A stretch of DNA of 63,192 nucleotides, the filler included. It is 11 parts of 11 records of this genome, joined end to end, with 100 filler letters (N's around TTAATTAATTAA, not from the genome) between each part and the next. Parts side by side here need not be neighbours in the genome. Positions count along the whole stretch, not along the records: positions 8,512 to 13,048 come from SRR7504441_6917; positions 13,149 to 19,270 come from SRR7504441_6920; positions 19,371 to 26,068 come from SRR7504441_6921; 8 more parts are not named here. One strand, given 5' to 3'. How positions within the stretch are numbered: position 1 is the stretch's first letter; each line of letters begins with the position of its first letter. A program made the position numbers and the translations under genes. Positions 11,306 through 22,981 of the stretch are shown here, piece by piece. Below the pieces are notes generated by a model. The model made no database searches, was not told the DNA's origin, and was given only the letters and a program-made list of their open reading frames with translations.

Positions 11306-12742
11306 ATGGAGTGTGCCACGCCCTCAGGGGGGCCGGGGTTTTGCTCTCCGGCGGAGGCGATCCGTTCGGGCGGGCGGGAGCAGCTTCTGTACACGGTGTG
11401 CTACTACGCGGAGAGCGCGGTGGAGGCCCCGGACTACCTGGCCACCGTGTGCACCGACCCCGGCAGCCCGGAGTACTCCCGGGTGGTGCACCGGCTCAAC
11501 ATGCCTGGGTTCGGAGACGAGCTGCACCACTTTGGCTGGAACGCATGCTCGAGCTGCCACTGCGACCCGGCAGCCGAGCGCCGGTACTTGGTGCTGCTCG
11601 GGCTGCGCAGCGGCTCTATCCACTTCGCAGACGTCAAGACCGACCCGAGGGCGCCCAGGCTAGCCAGCTCGCTGACTGGGGAGGCGATCGAGGCGGCCAC
11701 AGGGCTGGCGGGGCCGCACGAGGCGCACTGCCTCCGGTCGGAGATCATCGTAGCCATGTGCGGGAACGGCCCAGCCGACAGCGGTCTGCTGATCATCAAC
11801 CAGCAGCTCCAGATCGTGACCAGCCTGCCGCACACGGCCCACCGGCCGGAGCTGGACGTCAAGTACATCTACTCGTTCTGGTACCAGCCCCGGCTCAATC
11901 TGATGGTCAGCACCTCGGCCTGTGGGCTGGCGACCATGCTTGCGCCGCCAAGGGAGAGCCAGGTGCTCGGATCCGGGCTCAAGGCCATGTGCGGCTGCTG
12001 CGGGCAGGGGACCTACGGCTCCAAGCTGGCCGTCTGGGACCTGGAGCGCAAGGCAGTCACCCAGTCGGTTCCGTTGGGATTCTCCGGGCTGGCGCCGCTT
12101 GAACTGCGGATGCTGCACCAGCCGGACGGGCCGCACGGGTATTTTGGAGCCGGGGGGGGCACGCTGTCCCACTTTGAGTTCTCGCCGGAGGCCGGGCTGC
12201 GCACCCGTGTGTTCGCGGGGCACGGGGCTGTGGTCAGCAGGAGCTGTGGCTGCCGGCTGCTCCCCAACCTGGTGTCGGACGTGCTGATCTCGATGGACGA
12301 TCAATGGCTGTACGCCGCGCTCTGGTTCGCCGGCGAGCTGCACCAGTACAACATCGCCGACCCCGCCCGTCCTGTGCACACCGCGACGCTCAAGATCGGC
12401 GGAGTAGGCTGCTCAGGGCAAGAGGAGCCCGACAGGCAGGCGGCCCAGATGCTCAACGGACGGCGCACCCCCGGCGGGCCGGGGATGACCCAGCTCTCGC
12501 TGGATGGGAGCCGGCTCTACTTTTGCTGCTCGCTGCTGGCTGCGTGGGAGAAGAGTGAGTACCCTGAGATGGTGGAGCAGGGCGGCGCGATCATGATGGT
12601 AGACTGCGACACCGGCCCGGCCGGCGGGATGAAGCTCAACCAACGGTTCTGCGTCGACCTGTACTTCGAGCCTAGCGGGCCGTCGAGGTCGCACATGATT
12701 CGGTTCCCAGAAGGCGACTGCACCTCGGACATCTGGACTTGA
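11306..12742 (+). CDS. SELENBP1: Selenium-binding protein SBP56 / methanethiol oxidase family, divergent
   Basis: GPGF.SP, PDYLATV, GDELHHFGWNACSSC, FWYQPR, PLELRMLH, ISMDD.WLY, GGP.M.QLSLDG.RLY, GDCTSDIW. Confidence 0.92.
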   Translation: MECATPSGGPGFCSPAEAIRSGGREQLLYTVCYYAESAVEAPDYLATVCTDPGSPEYSRVVHRLNMPGFGDELHHFGWNACSSCHCDPAAERRYLVLLGLRSGSIHFADVKTDPRAPRLASSLTGEAIEAATGLAGPHEAHCLRSEIIVAMCGNGPADSGLLIINQQLQIVTSLPHTAHRPELDVKYIYSFWYQPRLNLMVSTSACGLATMLAPPRESQVLGSGLKAMCGCCGQGTYGSKLAVWDLERKAVTQSVPLGFSGLAPLELRMLHQPDGPHGYFGAGGGTLSHFEFSPEAGLRTRVFAGHGAVVSRSCGCRLLPNLVSDVLISMDDQWLYAALWFAGELHQYNIADPARPVHTATLKIGGVGCSGQEEPDRQAAQMLNGRRTPGGPGMTQLSLDGSRLYFCCSLLAAWEKSEYPEMVEQGGAIMMVDCDTGPAGGMKLNQRFCVDLYFEPSGPSRSHMIRFPEGDCTSDIWT

Positions 12743-13452
12743 TTGAGTCAACTCGTACGCCTGGTTGCTTTGAATATGATAAACTATCCATATATAAGTA
12801 CTGTACATTTATAAAGAAAATCGGGACGAACCATAGTTATAAGCTAGTATGATGAACATGATAGGCTATGCATGCAATTTAATCTAGTGGCATGCAGTGG
12901 GCCGGGCATTGTCGTGCTCTAGCTAATACGACGAATGCCCTAGCCTGGGTCACACGATGGTGGGTTGCTCTATCGTCTCGGCTCTGGTCCAGCAAGACAA
13001 GATCGCCTCGAACACCCACCCGGCCCGCACAGGCCGCAGCGCCACCACNNNNNNNNNNNNNNNNNNNNNNNNNNNNNNNNNNNNNNNNNNNNTTAATTAA
13101 TTAANNNNNNNNNNNNNNNNNNNNNNNNNNNNNNNNNNNNNNNNNNNNATCTAAATAGTACACTTAAATTTTACTTTTATTTATCATAAAAATTGCGTCG
13201 TTGTATCCCGGTCGATACAATCCAGATACAATCATGTAGAGCTAGCATCGTTGAGTCAGTCAACCTATGTTACAATCGAGATGCAGGTCTGAGGTCAATC
13301 AATAGTTATATCATATCAACACCATGCTGTGTGTTGATCTCTGGGTCGTAAATCTCCTCCAGATCATTCCATACAGTGAGTTTCACTAGTCACCGCGCCA
13401 GTAATTCTTCCTGAACTGTACAGTCAACCTCCTTCAGAGCAGCACACACTAG

Positions 13453-16400
13453 CTACTCGCTCTCATCCGCATCCTCCGCAGCCTGGGGCTCGCCGGCTGC
13501 ACTTAGCAACGATACCCTGTTGCCACTGGCCCCGAGGAGGCTGTTCAGGCCTTCAGCCCCAGTATCGGGTGCGCCATCCTCTTCATTGTCGTCGTCATCA
13601 TCGTCGCCCCCATCCTCGCCCATTTCGCTCTGGTCGTCCTCGGTCACTGTGCCCAGACCATCGGCGCCTTTGCCTCCATCGACATCCATCCGTGAGTCCT
13701 TAGCACCCGCCTTGGACTTGAGATCGTCGTCATCCTCCTCCATTCCAGATGCAGACGCCTTATCGTCTGCCGCCTCGGTGGCCTCGATCAGCGAAGAGGC
13801 GGCCACAGCCAAGGCAGGGATGTCTTCGGTCTCCTTGAGAGGGACGGAGGAGATCCTCATCGTGCTGGTCGAGATCGTGTAGTCACACTGCGCACAGCCA
13901 GGTGAGCTGCGCTACCGGGCGTGAGGCAGTCACCTCAAAGCAGTTGTGCCAGAACAACTCGAGCATGCTGCTCTTGAGTTCGGAAGGCTGGGTCGTGCCA
14001 CTCTCCACCTTGGCTGCGCCCTTCTTCATTGTCTGCCAGTGCTCGGACTGAATCAGTGTGTTGGTCTCCTTGATGAATCGCGGGATGAGCTTGTCCAGAG
14101 TAAACAACTTGTACGAGTACGTCCCGAGCAGCGTGCGGCACTCGTCCTCGTACTTATTGATATCCACGTGGTTACGGAGCATGGCCAGCAGGATTGATAG
14201 GAAGGCCTGGAACGGGTCCGCCACCTGCAGCCACAGCTCGAGTGCGCGATCGGACCGGCACACCTTGGGCTTAGGAGTGGCGCAGACAGTGGCTGGGTCG
14301 GGCTGGGTCTCCTCCTCGCCGGGCACGCGAGGGGTGGTGGGCTGTCCAAGAACGTCCAACTCGCGCTTTGGGACCTCCTCGCTAGCCATTTGCTTGGCTT
14401 CTGCCATCCGCGAATGCAGCAGCTGGTGCAGCCGGATCACGCTGACCAGTGCCTGGTTGCCGTACAGCACCCACTTGTCCTTGGGGCCGCTGTTCTGCTG
14501 GTGGCGGGTCTTGGAGACCGGAGCGCTCGCCTTCTTTGGAGGGAACAGATGAGCGCACAGCCAATTCTCCCAAAAGTCTGTGATGGCAGCCGCGTCGTCA
14601 CCTGCGGCCATCTAGTCAGCCCAGGGCTCAGCAGGCAGGGCGGACCGGCTTGGTCCTTGACGATCTCTTTGAGAACATACCACAGCCCGATATCTTCCAC
14701 GGACTTCTTGGTGCAGTATGTGTGCACCAGCGGCGCTTCTTTGATACCCTGAATGATCGCCTTGGTGTGCAGTGCCTTCTTATCGTGGGTCTTGAACGCA
14801 TACGACCTGTGGTCCAGAGCCTTGTGGTAGTTCTTTTCGTATACGTCCAGCCAGATCTTGTGCTGGTCGTGCTGGATTGCCTTGAGCTCCCCACTCCTCT
14901 GCTTGAGTCGAGCCAGCACCACCGGCACAGCAGCCCCAGGGCAGTCATACACCCAATCAACAACTTGCATCCCAGCCTCGCCATACAGCCTCTGGATCGT
15001 CCGCATCACCACGATGTTCAGTCTGTCGTAAATCTCATACCGCTGCTTCTCGGTGCGAGACAGCGTCGAGAGCTCCTCAGCAATCGGCTCAAGCTTGTCG
15101 ATTGCCCATTCAGTCCTGTGCACCATCATCTCGAGCTCGAACCGCTCATCCTCCGCCTTGAACAGCAACATCTCGTGTGTGTTGGTCAGCACAGCCGTCT
15201 GCTCAGACCCGAGAGGATTGAGCGAGTACTGATCGTTCAATGCCGAAGTGCACAGATCGTCGCGCGACGAGCATATCGGGAGGGTGGTCTGCGGCCGGCA
15301 CATGTAGCTCGGTCCGGCCACGCCATTCTGGACTGGCCTGTGCAACCCCTTGGGCGCAGCCTTCTTGCCTTCAAACACAGAGACGTACCCGCCACAGAGC
15401 ATCTGGCCACCGGGTGAGCGCACGCGGAGCACCAAGCTGACCTGAACAAACTTGTGGAGCGAATTGTGCAGGTCCGGCACTTCCATCACCTCTTCGCCTC
15501 GGCGGGATTGCTTGGCTGCGCGCGACTGGCCGTGGTTTGTCAACGAGCGCCCGGGCAGGGCTGCACACCGGCTTCGTGAAGAGGTCTCTCAGGACCAGCA
15601 TCAGTTCCATCGCGGTCAGGATGTGGTTATTGAACAAGTTGAGCAGCTTGATGAAGTCCTCCCACTGCTGAGGGGCCATTCGGGCCTTAAACTGCGAGAA
15701 GAACTCGATCTCGTCCTTGTACTTGAGATCACTCTCCTCGTCGCGCATCGTCCTCTGCTTCTTGGCCGGTGGCGCCTTGCGGCTGCGGTTGGCGGCCGAG
15801 CCGTCACCATCGGGCGGGTCTGGCAGGAACTGTTTGAACTCAATGAGTAGGTCCGGGTGGCCCTTGAACAGCTCCTTGACCCGATCGTGTACCTCTTTGA
15901 CCGACTTCTGGTCTTCTTGGTAGTTCTGTAGAAGCTTCAGGAACTTGCGGTAAACCTCCCGGTCGTTCCTGGGCACACACTCAGCCCGCAGCCCTTGGGC
16001 GGCCGGCTCACCGGAAGCGTTTGCGGATCTTGCTCACATAGCTCTGGGCGTAGCGCAGCTCCGGCGGGGTTTTGACACTCGGTTGCGAGCGAGGGGCCGA
16101 TTTGGGCTTGGCGCGGGCAGGCTGCTTGATCGGGTAGTGCATGTGGATATCCCGCTCTGTAATCTTGTACCCGTCGGGAAGGAAGTCGTTGAATCCGAGG
16201 ATAAGCTCGACCTCGCCCTGGAACAGAGTCGACACCTTCTTGATCACGCCCGGAGTATCGAGCCTGGCCCCGACCGGTCAATCGAGCCCCCGGGGCAGCG
16301 GCGCACTGGCGGGACTGGAATTCCTTCATGATATCCAAGAAGTCGTTGTACACATCTTTCTGATTCTCAAACCTACTCTTCACCTGAGCCATAGACACTC

Positions 16401-17178
16401 ACACCCGGATAGCCAGCGCCCGACCTTGTTGAGGTAACGCAGCGCAGCGTTCTTCAGGTCTTTGTCGATGTGCTGCGCTGGTTGCGGCTGCGCTCCGGCG
16501 GCTGGGCCAGCGGCAGGCACGTTGGCACCGGCAGGAGCACTGCACCCAAAGGTCAGCACTCAGCGGCAAGCCGTGCAGCAAGCCAGACAGGCGCAGGGCG
16601 GGCGGGTCGACTCACGGGTTCAAGCGGGGTACTTTCATCCGGGGGACACCGTCCGGGAGCGGGAGGGCTCCGGGATGCTCTTGTTCGAAAGGTCTCTTGT
16701 TCCCGGCTGGCATACCGCCGGGATTGAGCATACCAGGGCCCGGATTCAACCCCGGCGCGACGCGCCCGCCCATAAGTTGCACCGGACGGCTCATTCCGGC
16801 GTTCGACACGCCGGCCCCGGCCATCCCACCCGGTAGGGTCAGATCGGCCGGTGGGACCTCCGAGCCCGGAGCTGCAGCCGGCTCTTGCCCATCGGTGGAT
16901 TGGTCGACGGGACCGCGGCCGGTCGCATCCGCGGGGTTGCCGCTGCCGTTGCCGCTCGCCGCGGCAGGCTGATTGGGCTTGAATCCGTCGGCGGCCGATG
17001 GCGGCATGGTGGGGCCCGAGCCCGGCTGCGAGCCTTGAGCCATCGGGACAGCAGATCCGGAGTCGGCGTTGGCGGCCATCGGGTGCGCGGGATTGGTGCC
17101 GTTGTTGCCCGCCACGGGCGCCTGGCTCCGGGCCGGGTGCTGGGCGAACGGGGGCTGGTTAGCTGCTTCTGTATCCAT
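13453..17178 (-). CDS. SIN3: Sin3 co-repressor (PAH1-3, HDAC-interacting domain, Sin3 C-terminal domain), multi-exon
   Basis: YLNK|VKSRF...[34 protein letters not shown]...LF.GH.DLL.EF.QFLP, GPSY...[46 protein letters not shown]. Several GT-AG introns restore the frame. Confidence 0.95.
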
Positions 17179-17608
17179 GGTTTACAAGTCGAGCGTCCGA
17201 GCTCCTCCGACAGCTCGTGAGCTGGCGGGAGTCGGCACGCCGGTTGCGGAGAGGTCGGGCGCCCAAGTTGCAGACCCCGTACACCGCCGAGGGAGCTTTG
17301 CGGGCTGCCCTGGGCTGGATGTCCGACGAGCTTGAGCGCACCTCGTGGCTAGCTTTGCGGTGGCTAGCTTTCAACGGAAGATACTCTCCTCGATTCCGTT
17401 TTCTATTTCCGGGCTCGTATACGTGCAGTACAGCAAATCAACTCAGGCTCGCTACAGAACACATTGTCGCACCGTGTAGCCGTAGTGTAGCCACACGTGT
17501 TGCCATGTGCTTTGGCGCCACTCGTGAGTGCAGTTTATCGGGGGTATACTATAAGCTTAGTACAGATTTACTCGTATACGCGTTTTTATTGATTCATTCA
17601 CACGAGAT

Positions 17609-18589
17609 TCACACGTCGAACAATCCGCTGTATCGGTCGACCGGGAAGCCAGTGCCGTTCAGCACCCGATGGTACTCTTGCCACAGCGCCTGCCGCAGCT
17701 GTTCTGGCACCGACTGCACACCCCGACCAGCCCCGCCCGTGTCGACGATTTGCCCGGCTAGCTGAATGTCAGCCTCATGATCACCGCAACCCTGCGGGAA
17801 CTGGAAGACGTCGGCGTGCTGTTTCATATACTCCAGGCTGCACCGGGCCGCCACTCGCTCTGCCGCCGCCTGGTCGAGCGGCCGGCCCAAAAATTCGGCC
17901 ACTCGGGTCACTTGGCCGGGCAAATCGAGAACTAAATCCTCATAGAAGAGGAGCATCACCCTATCCGGCCGCTCTTGGTGCGCCCGCCACCACTCGAGCA
18001 CAAACTGGGCCCAGCCCAGCTCGGGTCTGATGAAGCTGCCCCTGAGCAGCCCGGCCATACTCGGGGCGTTTGGGCCGAGCTGCTGCCGGAGCAGGGTGTA
18101 CATCGAGCTCATCGCGTCCAGCGGGGCGCGCACCACCACAACGTACCGGCCCTGCGGTGGGCGGAGCACTGACACTGGCAGGTGCGAGGCGTGCACCCAT
18201 GGGGCCGGACCGGCCCTGTAGTTGGCTAGCCACTTCAGCCGCGGGTCGCCGCAAAGGTCGGGCTGGATGGCCTCGAAGTCGAGGAAGGTGGCCGCGTGGT
18301 GCAGACTGGCGTACTCGGAGCGGCCGAGCGCCTGCAGGGTGAGCTGGGTAGCCAGGTGGGTCCCGCTCCGGGGGAATCCTACCACGAGCACGTCCTCCTC
18401 ACCGGGCTGCCAGGCCTCAAGCTGGGCGAGGTAGCTGGACCGGAGGTACAGCCCCGGCCCGGCCTGGCGGAGCCCCTGGAGTCGGAGCAGCTGGGCCAGC
18501 AGCCAGTCGAACTGGCTCCAGCCCGCCCAGCCCACTGTCACCGCCAGGCCGAGCACCAGCGCCGGCAGCCCGAGCGCCACCTTGAGCAT
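17609..18589 (-). CDS. Sulfotransferase (Sulfotransfer_1 type) with N-terminal membrane anchor
   Basis: PAPS-binding motifs GFPRSGTH and VRAPLDAMSS, plus FYEDL. Hydrophobic N-terminus from ATG 18589. Confidence 0.88.
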   Translation of the reverse strand: MLKVALGLPALVLGLAVTVGWAGWSQFDWLLAQLLRLQGLRQAGPGLYLRSSYLAQLEAWQPGEEDVLVVGFPRSGTHLATQLTLQALGRSEYASLHHAATFLDFEAIQPDLCGDPRLKWLANYRAGPAPWVHASHLPVSVLRPPQGRYVVVVRAPLDAMSSMYTLLRQQLGPNAPSMAGLLRGSFIRPELGWAQFVLEWWRAHQERPDRVMLLFYEDLVLDLPGQVTRVAEFLGRPLDQAAAERVAARCSLEYMKQHADVFQFPQGCGDHEADIQLAGQIVDTGGAGRGVQSVPEQLRQALWQEYHRVLNGTGFPVDRYSGLFDV

Positions 18590-18664
18590 CTCGAGCGGCT
18601 TTTTTTTCTTCCCGCCCCGGGAAGCAAGCACAGCGGGAGGTCGGTGGGGCGGCGGAGGCCCGTG

Positions 18665-19229
18665 ATGGCTAGCAACATGTTTGCGGTGCTCAACCCGGAC
18701 GAGGTACCCCCGCGCCCGCCCGGGCCGCCACTGGGCCGCCAGGTGCCGGAGGAGAGCGATGAGGGCGGGGTCGAGGCCTGGGACTCGATCACGCGGGCGC
18801 TGGACGGGCTGGACCAGGTGCCCCCTGCCCGCCCGGCGGCCACCCGACCGCCAGGAGCCCCCGCCCAAGCCCAACCCGTCGCTGACCGAGCGGCTGGCAT
18901 CGGGCCAGCCCCCAGCAGCGGCGCCGCCCCCCAGCGCAGTGGTGGCGCCGGCCAGGCTGACAGCGCAGCAGAACCGGGTGCTGGGAATGCTCGAGAGCCA
19001 GCCGCAAGCCGACGAGCCGAGCCGGCCTCAGCCCACGAAGAAAGGCAGGCAGCTGTCGCGCAAGCAGCGGTGCGGCCCGGCAGGAGAGGCGGGAGCCTGG
19101 GCCAGGGAGCGGGCGGAGAAGGCCAAGGAGAAGGCCGAGCAACAACAGAGCAAAGTGGTGAATCATGTGGCCAGGCGCGATCGCAAGACCATGCGCCGGA
19201 ATCGGGCCAGATCCTCCCAGCTGTACTAG
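18665..19229 (+). CDS. Small basic protein, possibly an Alb1/Ecm1-like ribosome-biogenesis factor (about 3 introns)
   Basis: Spliced model ends LSRKQRERAEKAKEKAEQQQSKV...RRDRKTMRR..LY, similar to the Alb1-type basic C-terminal helix. Family call is tentative. Confidence 0.45.
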
Positions 19230-19370
19230 TCCCGATAAATTGTACTCGGGGCGAATATACTCTTACTATANNNNNNNNNNNNNNNNNNNNNNNNNNNNNN
19301 NNNNNNNNNNNNNNTTAATTAATTAANNNNNNNNNNNNNNNNNNNNNNNNNNNNNNNNNNNNNNNNNNNN

Positions 19371-22029
19371 AGGAGGAGGAGGAGGCGGAGGAGGAGGAGG
19401 CGGTTGCTGTGCAGGACGACGGGGACGAAGCGAGCTACCGAGCCCGGCGGGAAGCGTTGGGCGAGCTGACCAGCGAGTGGGAGGCCACTCGCGAAGTAGC
19501 CCCGGGCTGCAAAATGCCGGGTGCGGGCTCGGGTGCCAGCTGGGTGTGAGTGTGGGGCAGCTGCTGTGTATGACAGGCTTTTTGCGTACCAGCGGACGGG
19601 GGTACGTTGGCTGTGGGAGCTGCACTCGGAAGGGACAGGCGGTGTGGTAGGGGATGAAATGGGCCTGGGCAAGACCATAACCCTGATCGGGTTCTTCTCA
19701 GCACTGCACGCGGCTGGCAAGCTCGGCAGTTGCATCATTGCCTGCCCAGCCACCATCCTGGGCCAATGGGTTGCTGAGTTCCATGGCTGGTACCCTTGGG
19801 TGCGCGTAGCCATACTGCACAGCTCCGGCTCAGCCATCACGCTCGGGGGCTCCGAGGCGGCTCTGATTCGCTCCATGGCGCACACGCGAGGCTCTGTGAT
19901 TGTGACAACTTATGAGGCACTGAGAGGCCACAAAGAGCTGCTTGACCAGCACAGCTGGCAGTACCTGGTGCTGGATGAGGGGCACAAGATCCGCAACCCG
20001 GATGCCGGGGTCACACTGGCCGCCAAGCAGCTACAAACTTCGCACAGGCTGATCTTATCCGGGTCGCCACTTCAGAACAACCTTAAGGTCTGTCTGCAGC
20101 GTGTACTTGGCCGAGCCTTTGGCTGCAGGAGCTCTGGTCGCTATTTGATTTTGTTTACCCCGGGCTGCTCGGAACGCTGCCGGTGTTTCAGACTGAGTTT
20201 GTGCTGCCGATCGCAGTGGGTGGGTACAGTTCGGCCACCGAGGTGCAGCTGCACACGGCCTATCAGTGCGCCAAGAAGCTTCGGGATCTGGTGTCTCCTT
20301 ACTTGCTCCGCCGGATGAAGAAGGACGTCGGACATCAGCTGCCTTCCAAGAAGGAGCAGGTTCTCTTCTGCAAACTGACCCGCTACCAGCGGCACGTGTA
20401 CAAGAAGGTGCTTGATAGCCACACAGTCTCACAGGCCATCAGCGGCGGGGTCAAGCCTTTTGCAGCGATAACGTTAATGAGGAAGGCTTGCAACCACCCG
20501 GAACTAGTAGGGCTTACAGGCGATCAACTACCGTCTGACGAGCAGATGGCTCAAGAGAGCTTCTGGCAGCAATCGGGCAAGATGATAGTGCTGCTCCAGC
20601 TGCTAGCCGCATGGAAGCAGCAGGGCCATCGGGCCTTGATCTTCACACAGACCCGGACTGTGCCTCGACCTGACTGGCTGCTGGCTGAAAGGCAGGTGCA
20701 GGTGCTCACTCTGCTAGAGCGCGTGTGCACCATGCTCGGGTACTCCTACTCGAGGATGGACGGGCTCACTCCGATCAAGCCCCGAGGCCGGATGATACAG
20801 GTGGCTCCTGATTGGTCCGTGCTCAGCTGGCTGCAGGAGTTTAACCGTCCCAACGGACCCTTCTTATTCTTGCTCACTAATCGAGTCGGCGGACTAGGGA
20901 TCAACCTCACAGGCGCTAACCGAGGTGCAGCCAGTGGCCGCCTGCGACTGAGCGCGGCGCAGTGCTTTTGTTTGAGCCGGATTGGAACCCAGCTAGCGAC
21001 ATGCAGGCCAAGGAGCGCGCCTGGCGGCTGGGCCAGACTCGCGACGTAGCGGTGTACATGCTGATCACGGCTGGGTGCATCGAAGAGAAAATCTACCACC
21101 GGCAGCTGTTCAAGCAGTTTCTGGCCAACAAAGTCCTCAAGGATCCGACCCACCAGCGATTCTTCAAAAGCAACGATCTGCAGGATTTGTTCGCACTCGC
21201 CCCCGAGTCCGCCAAGGAGACCGAGACGGGTGCCATATTCGAGCACGCCAAGATGGAAGATCCTGCATCGGCCGAGGGGGCCGGTCCTGAGGACGACCAG
21301 CCAGCCGGCGGGCTACTCACCCAGCTTCTGGAGAGCCACGGGCTGCACTCTGTGCTCTCCCATGACAGGATCATGAGGGACGACTGCACCCGGCAGCAGC
21401 GGCGCACACTCGCTGCTGAGGAGGCGGAGAGGGTTGCAGACCAGGCCGTGAGGGCGTTGGCACGGTCGTCTCGGGCGTGCCAGGAGAGCGCAGGACAGCT
21501 GACCTGGACGGGAAACTCCGGCAGCGCTGGAGCCCCGCGCAACAAGAGACGTTTCGGTACAAAGACAAACCCGCAGATTGGGCTGGCCGCGCTCTCAAAC
21601 CCGACGACTGCGGGCCCAGGGCCGGCGAGCAGGACCGGTGAGAATGCATAGCTCGCTCGTGTCTGATCGGTGTGTCTGCCAGATGAGGGTTTCTTTGGTG
21701 CTGACAGCCGCAGAAAGCGGCAGCGACAAAATCAGCCAACTGGAAGTATGCACATGCTTGAGGGCAGTAGAGAGCAAACCGTCGGCGCGGAGTCGACTGT
21801 GGAAGCGCCGGTGGCCAGGGATATTGCGGTGACTATTCGCGATGCGCTGACAGAGGCCGGAGGGTCGGCTTCGAGTGCCAAGTTAGTCAGCTTGTTCCAG
21901 GTCCAATTTAGCGGACATGAATCTCTTTTCCGTGCAGTGCTGCGCAAAGTAGCCCTTCTCGAGGAAGATCCTAGCTCCGATTGTAAGAAATGGCGCTTGA
22001 AGGAGTGTTACACTAACGCCAGCACATAA
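19371..22029 (+). CDS. ERCC6: CSB/Rad26 SNF2-family ATPase, 5' truncated, multi-exon
   Basis: [93 protein letters not shown], and a C-terminal winged-helix (FRAVLRKVA...W.LK). Confidence 0.95.
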
Positions 22030-22140
22030 TTAATAATGTCACCTATACAGCACGGTACTCTAGATGATTAAATAACAAAACGATTGCGAGCTCGTTCGTG
22101 TGAGGTGTTATACTAAGTCTTGTAGAGCAACGACATATAA

Positions 22141-22777
22141 TCAAACTGGATAATAGCTTAGCCCAGCAGTTAGTTCAAGTAATCTACTCAGGTGCTCTGC
22201 GCGCTGTTGTATGAGCTCCTCCTCCGAGATCATCAGGTACGCTTCTTGCCCCTCGCTTTTGGCCCGGCAGACCGGGCAGCTCTCGTCCCGCTGCAGCCAC
22301 TCCTCCACGCAGCTCTCGCAGAAGCTATGCGTGCACGCCAAAGAGACGTTGGCTATGTTCTCCATGCACAGACAGCACTCGCCGGCTGACTCCTGCCGGA
22401 CCAGCGCGGCAGGCGCTCCGGGCTCCTCCTGCTGAACAACCGGTGGCACCGGCTGGCAGCCCTCCAACAGGATGAGCATTTGACAGAACATCTTCACTGT
22501 GATCTTGGCCGCCTCGCCGGGTCTCTGGACCACCGGCTCACCGGGCAGCCGCAGGCAGCACCGTCACTGTGACCAGACAGAACGGCCGCCAATGGGCGCT
22601 GTCCGGGAAGCTGCACCGGCAGGCGAAGCTGGGGGCGCCCGGCTGGTGTAGGTTCTGGCTGAGCTCATTGGCCCGCGAGACCTCGGCCGCCAGCTCTGCC
22701 TGCGCCCCACCAGTCGGCCCGCCCGACCCCCCGGGGCGGACGTAGCTCGCCGGCATCCGCAGCGGCGCGGCGCCCAT
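22141..22777 (-). CDS. RNF141: RING-HC E3 ligase, RNF141-like
   Basis: ECCLCME...LACTHSFCESCVEEW...CPVCR. MG start suggests myristoylation. One GT-AG intron near 22535-22575. Confidence 0.65.
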
Positions 22778-22981
22778 CTCAGGACCGGCTGAGCTAGCAC
22801 AGAAGCGGGGTGTTCTAGTCCAACCGGTCTCACTCCTGCACTACCCCCGCCGGCACGTCTGTTTGGAAGCCAGCTGCAGCGTAACGGAAACACGATCTCT
22901 TCGATATGCCGACGTACACGAGGAGACATCGACGTACACGAGGAGACGCGAGGAGCCGAACGAAGCCCAAGCCTTACCAAA

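Noticed and set aside
12884..13048. 3' end of a minus-strand gene at the contig edge
   Set aside because: GC-rich and plausible but too short to fix a frame or product.
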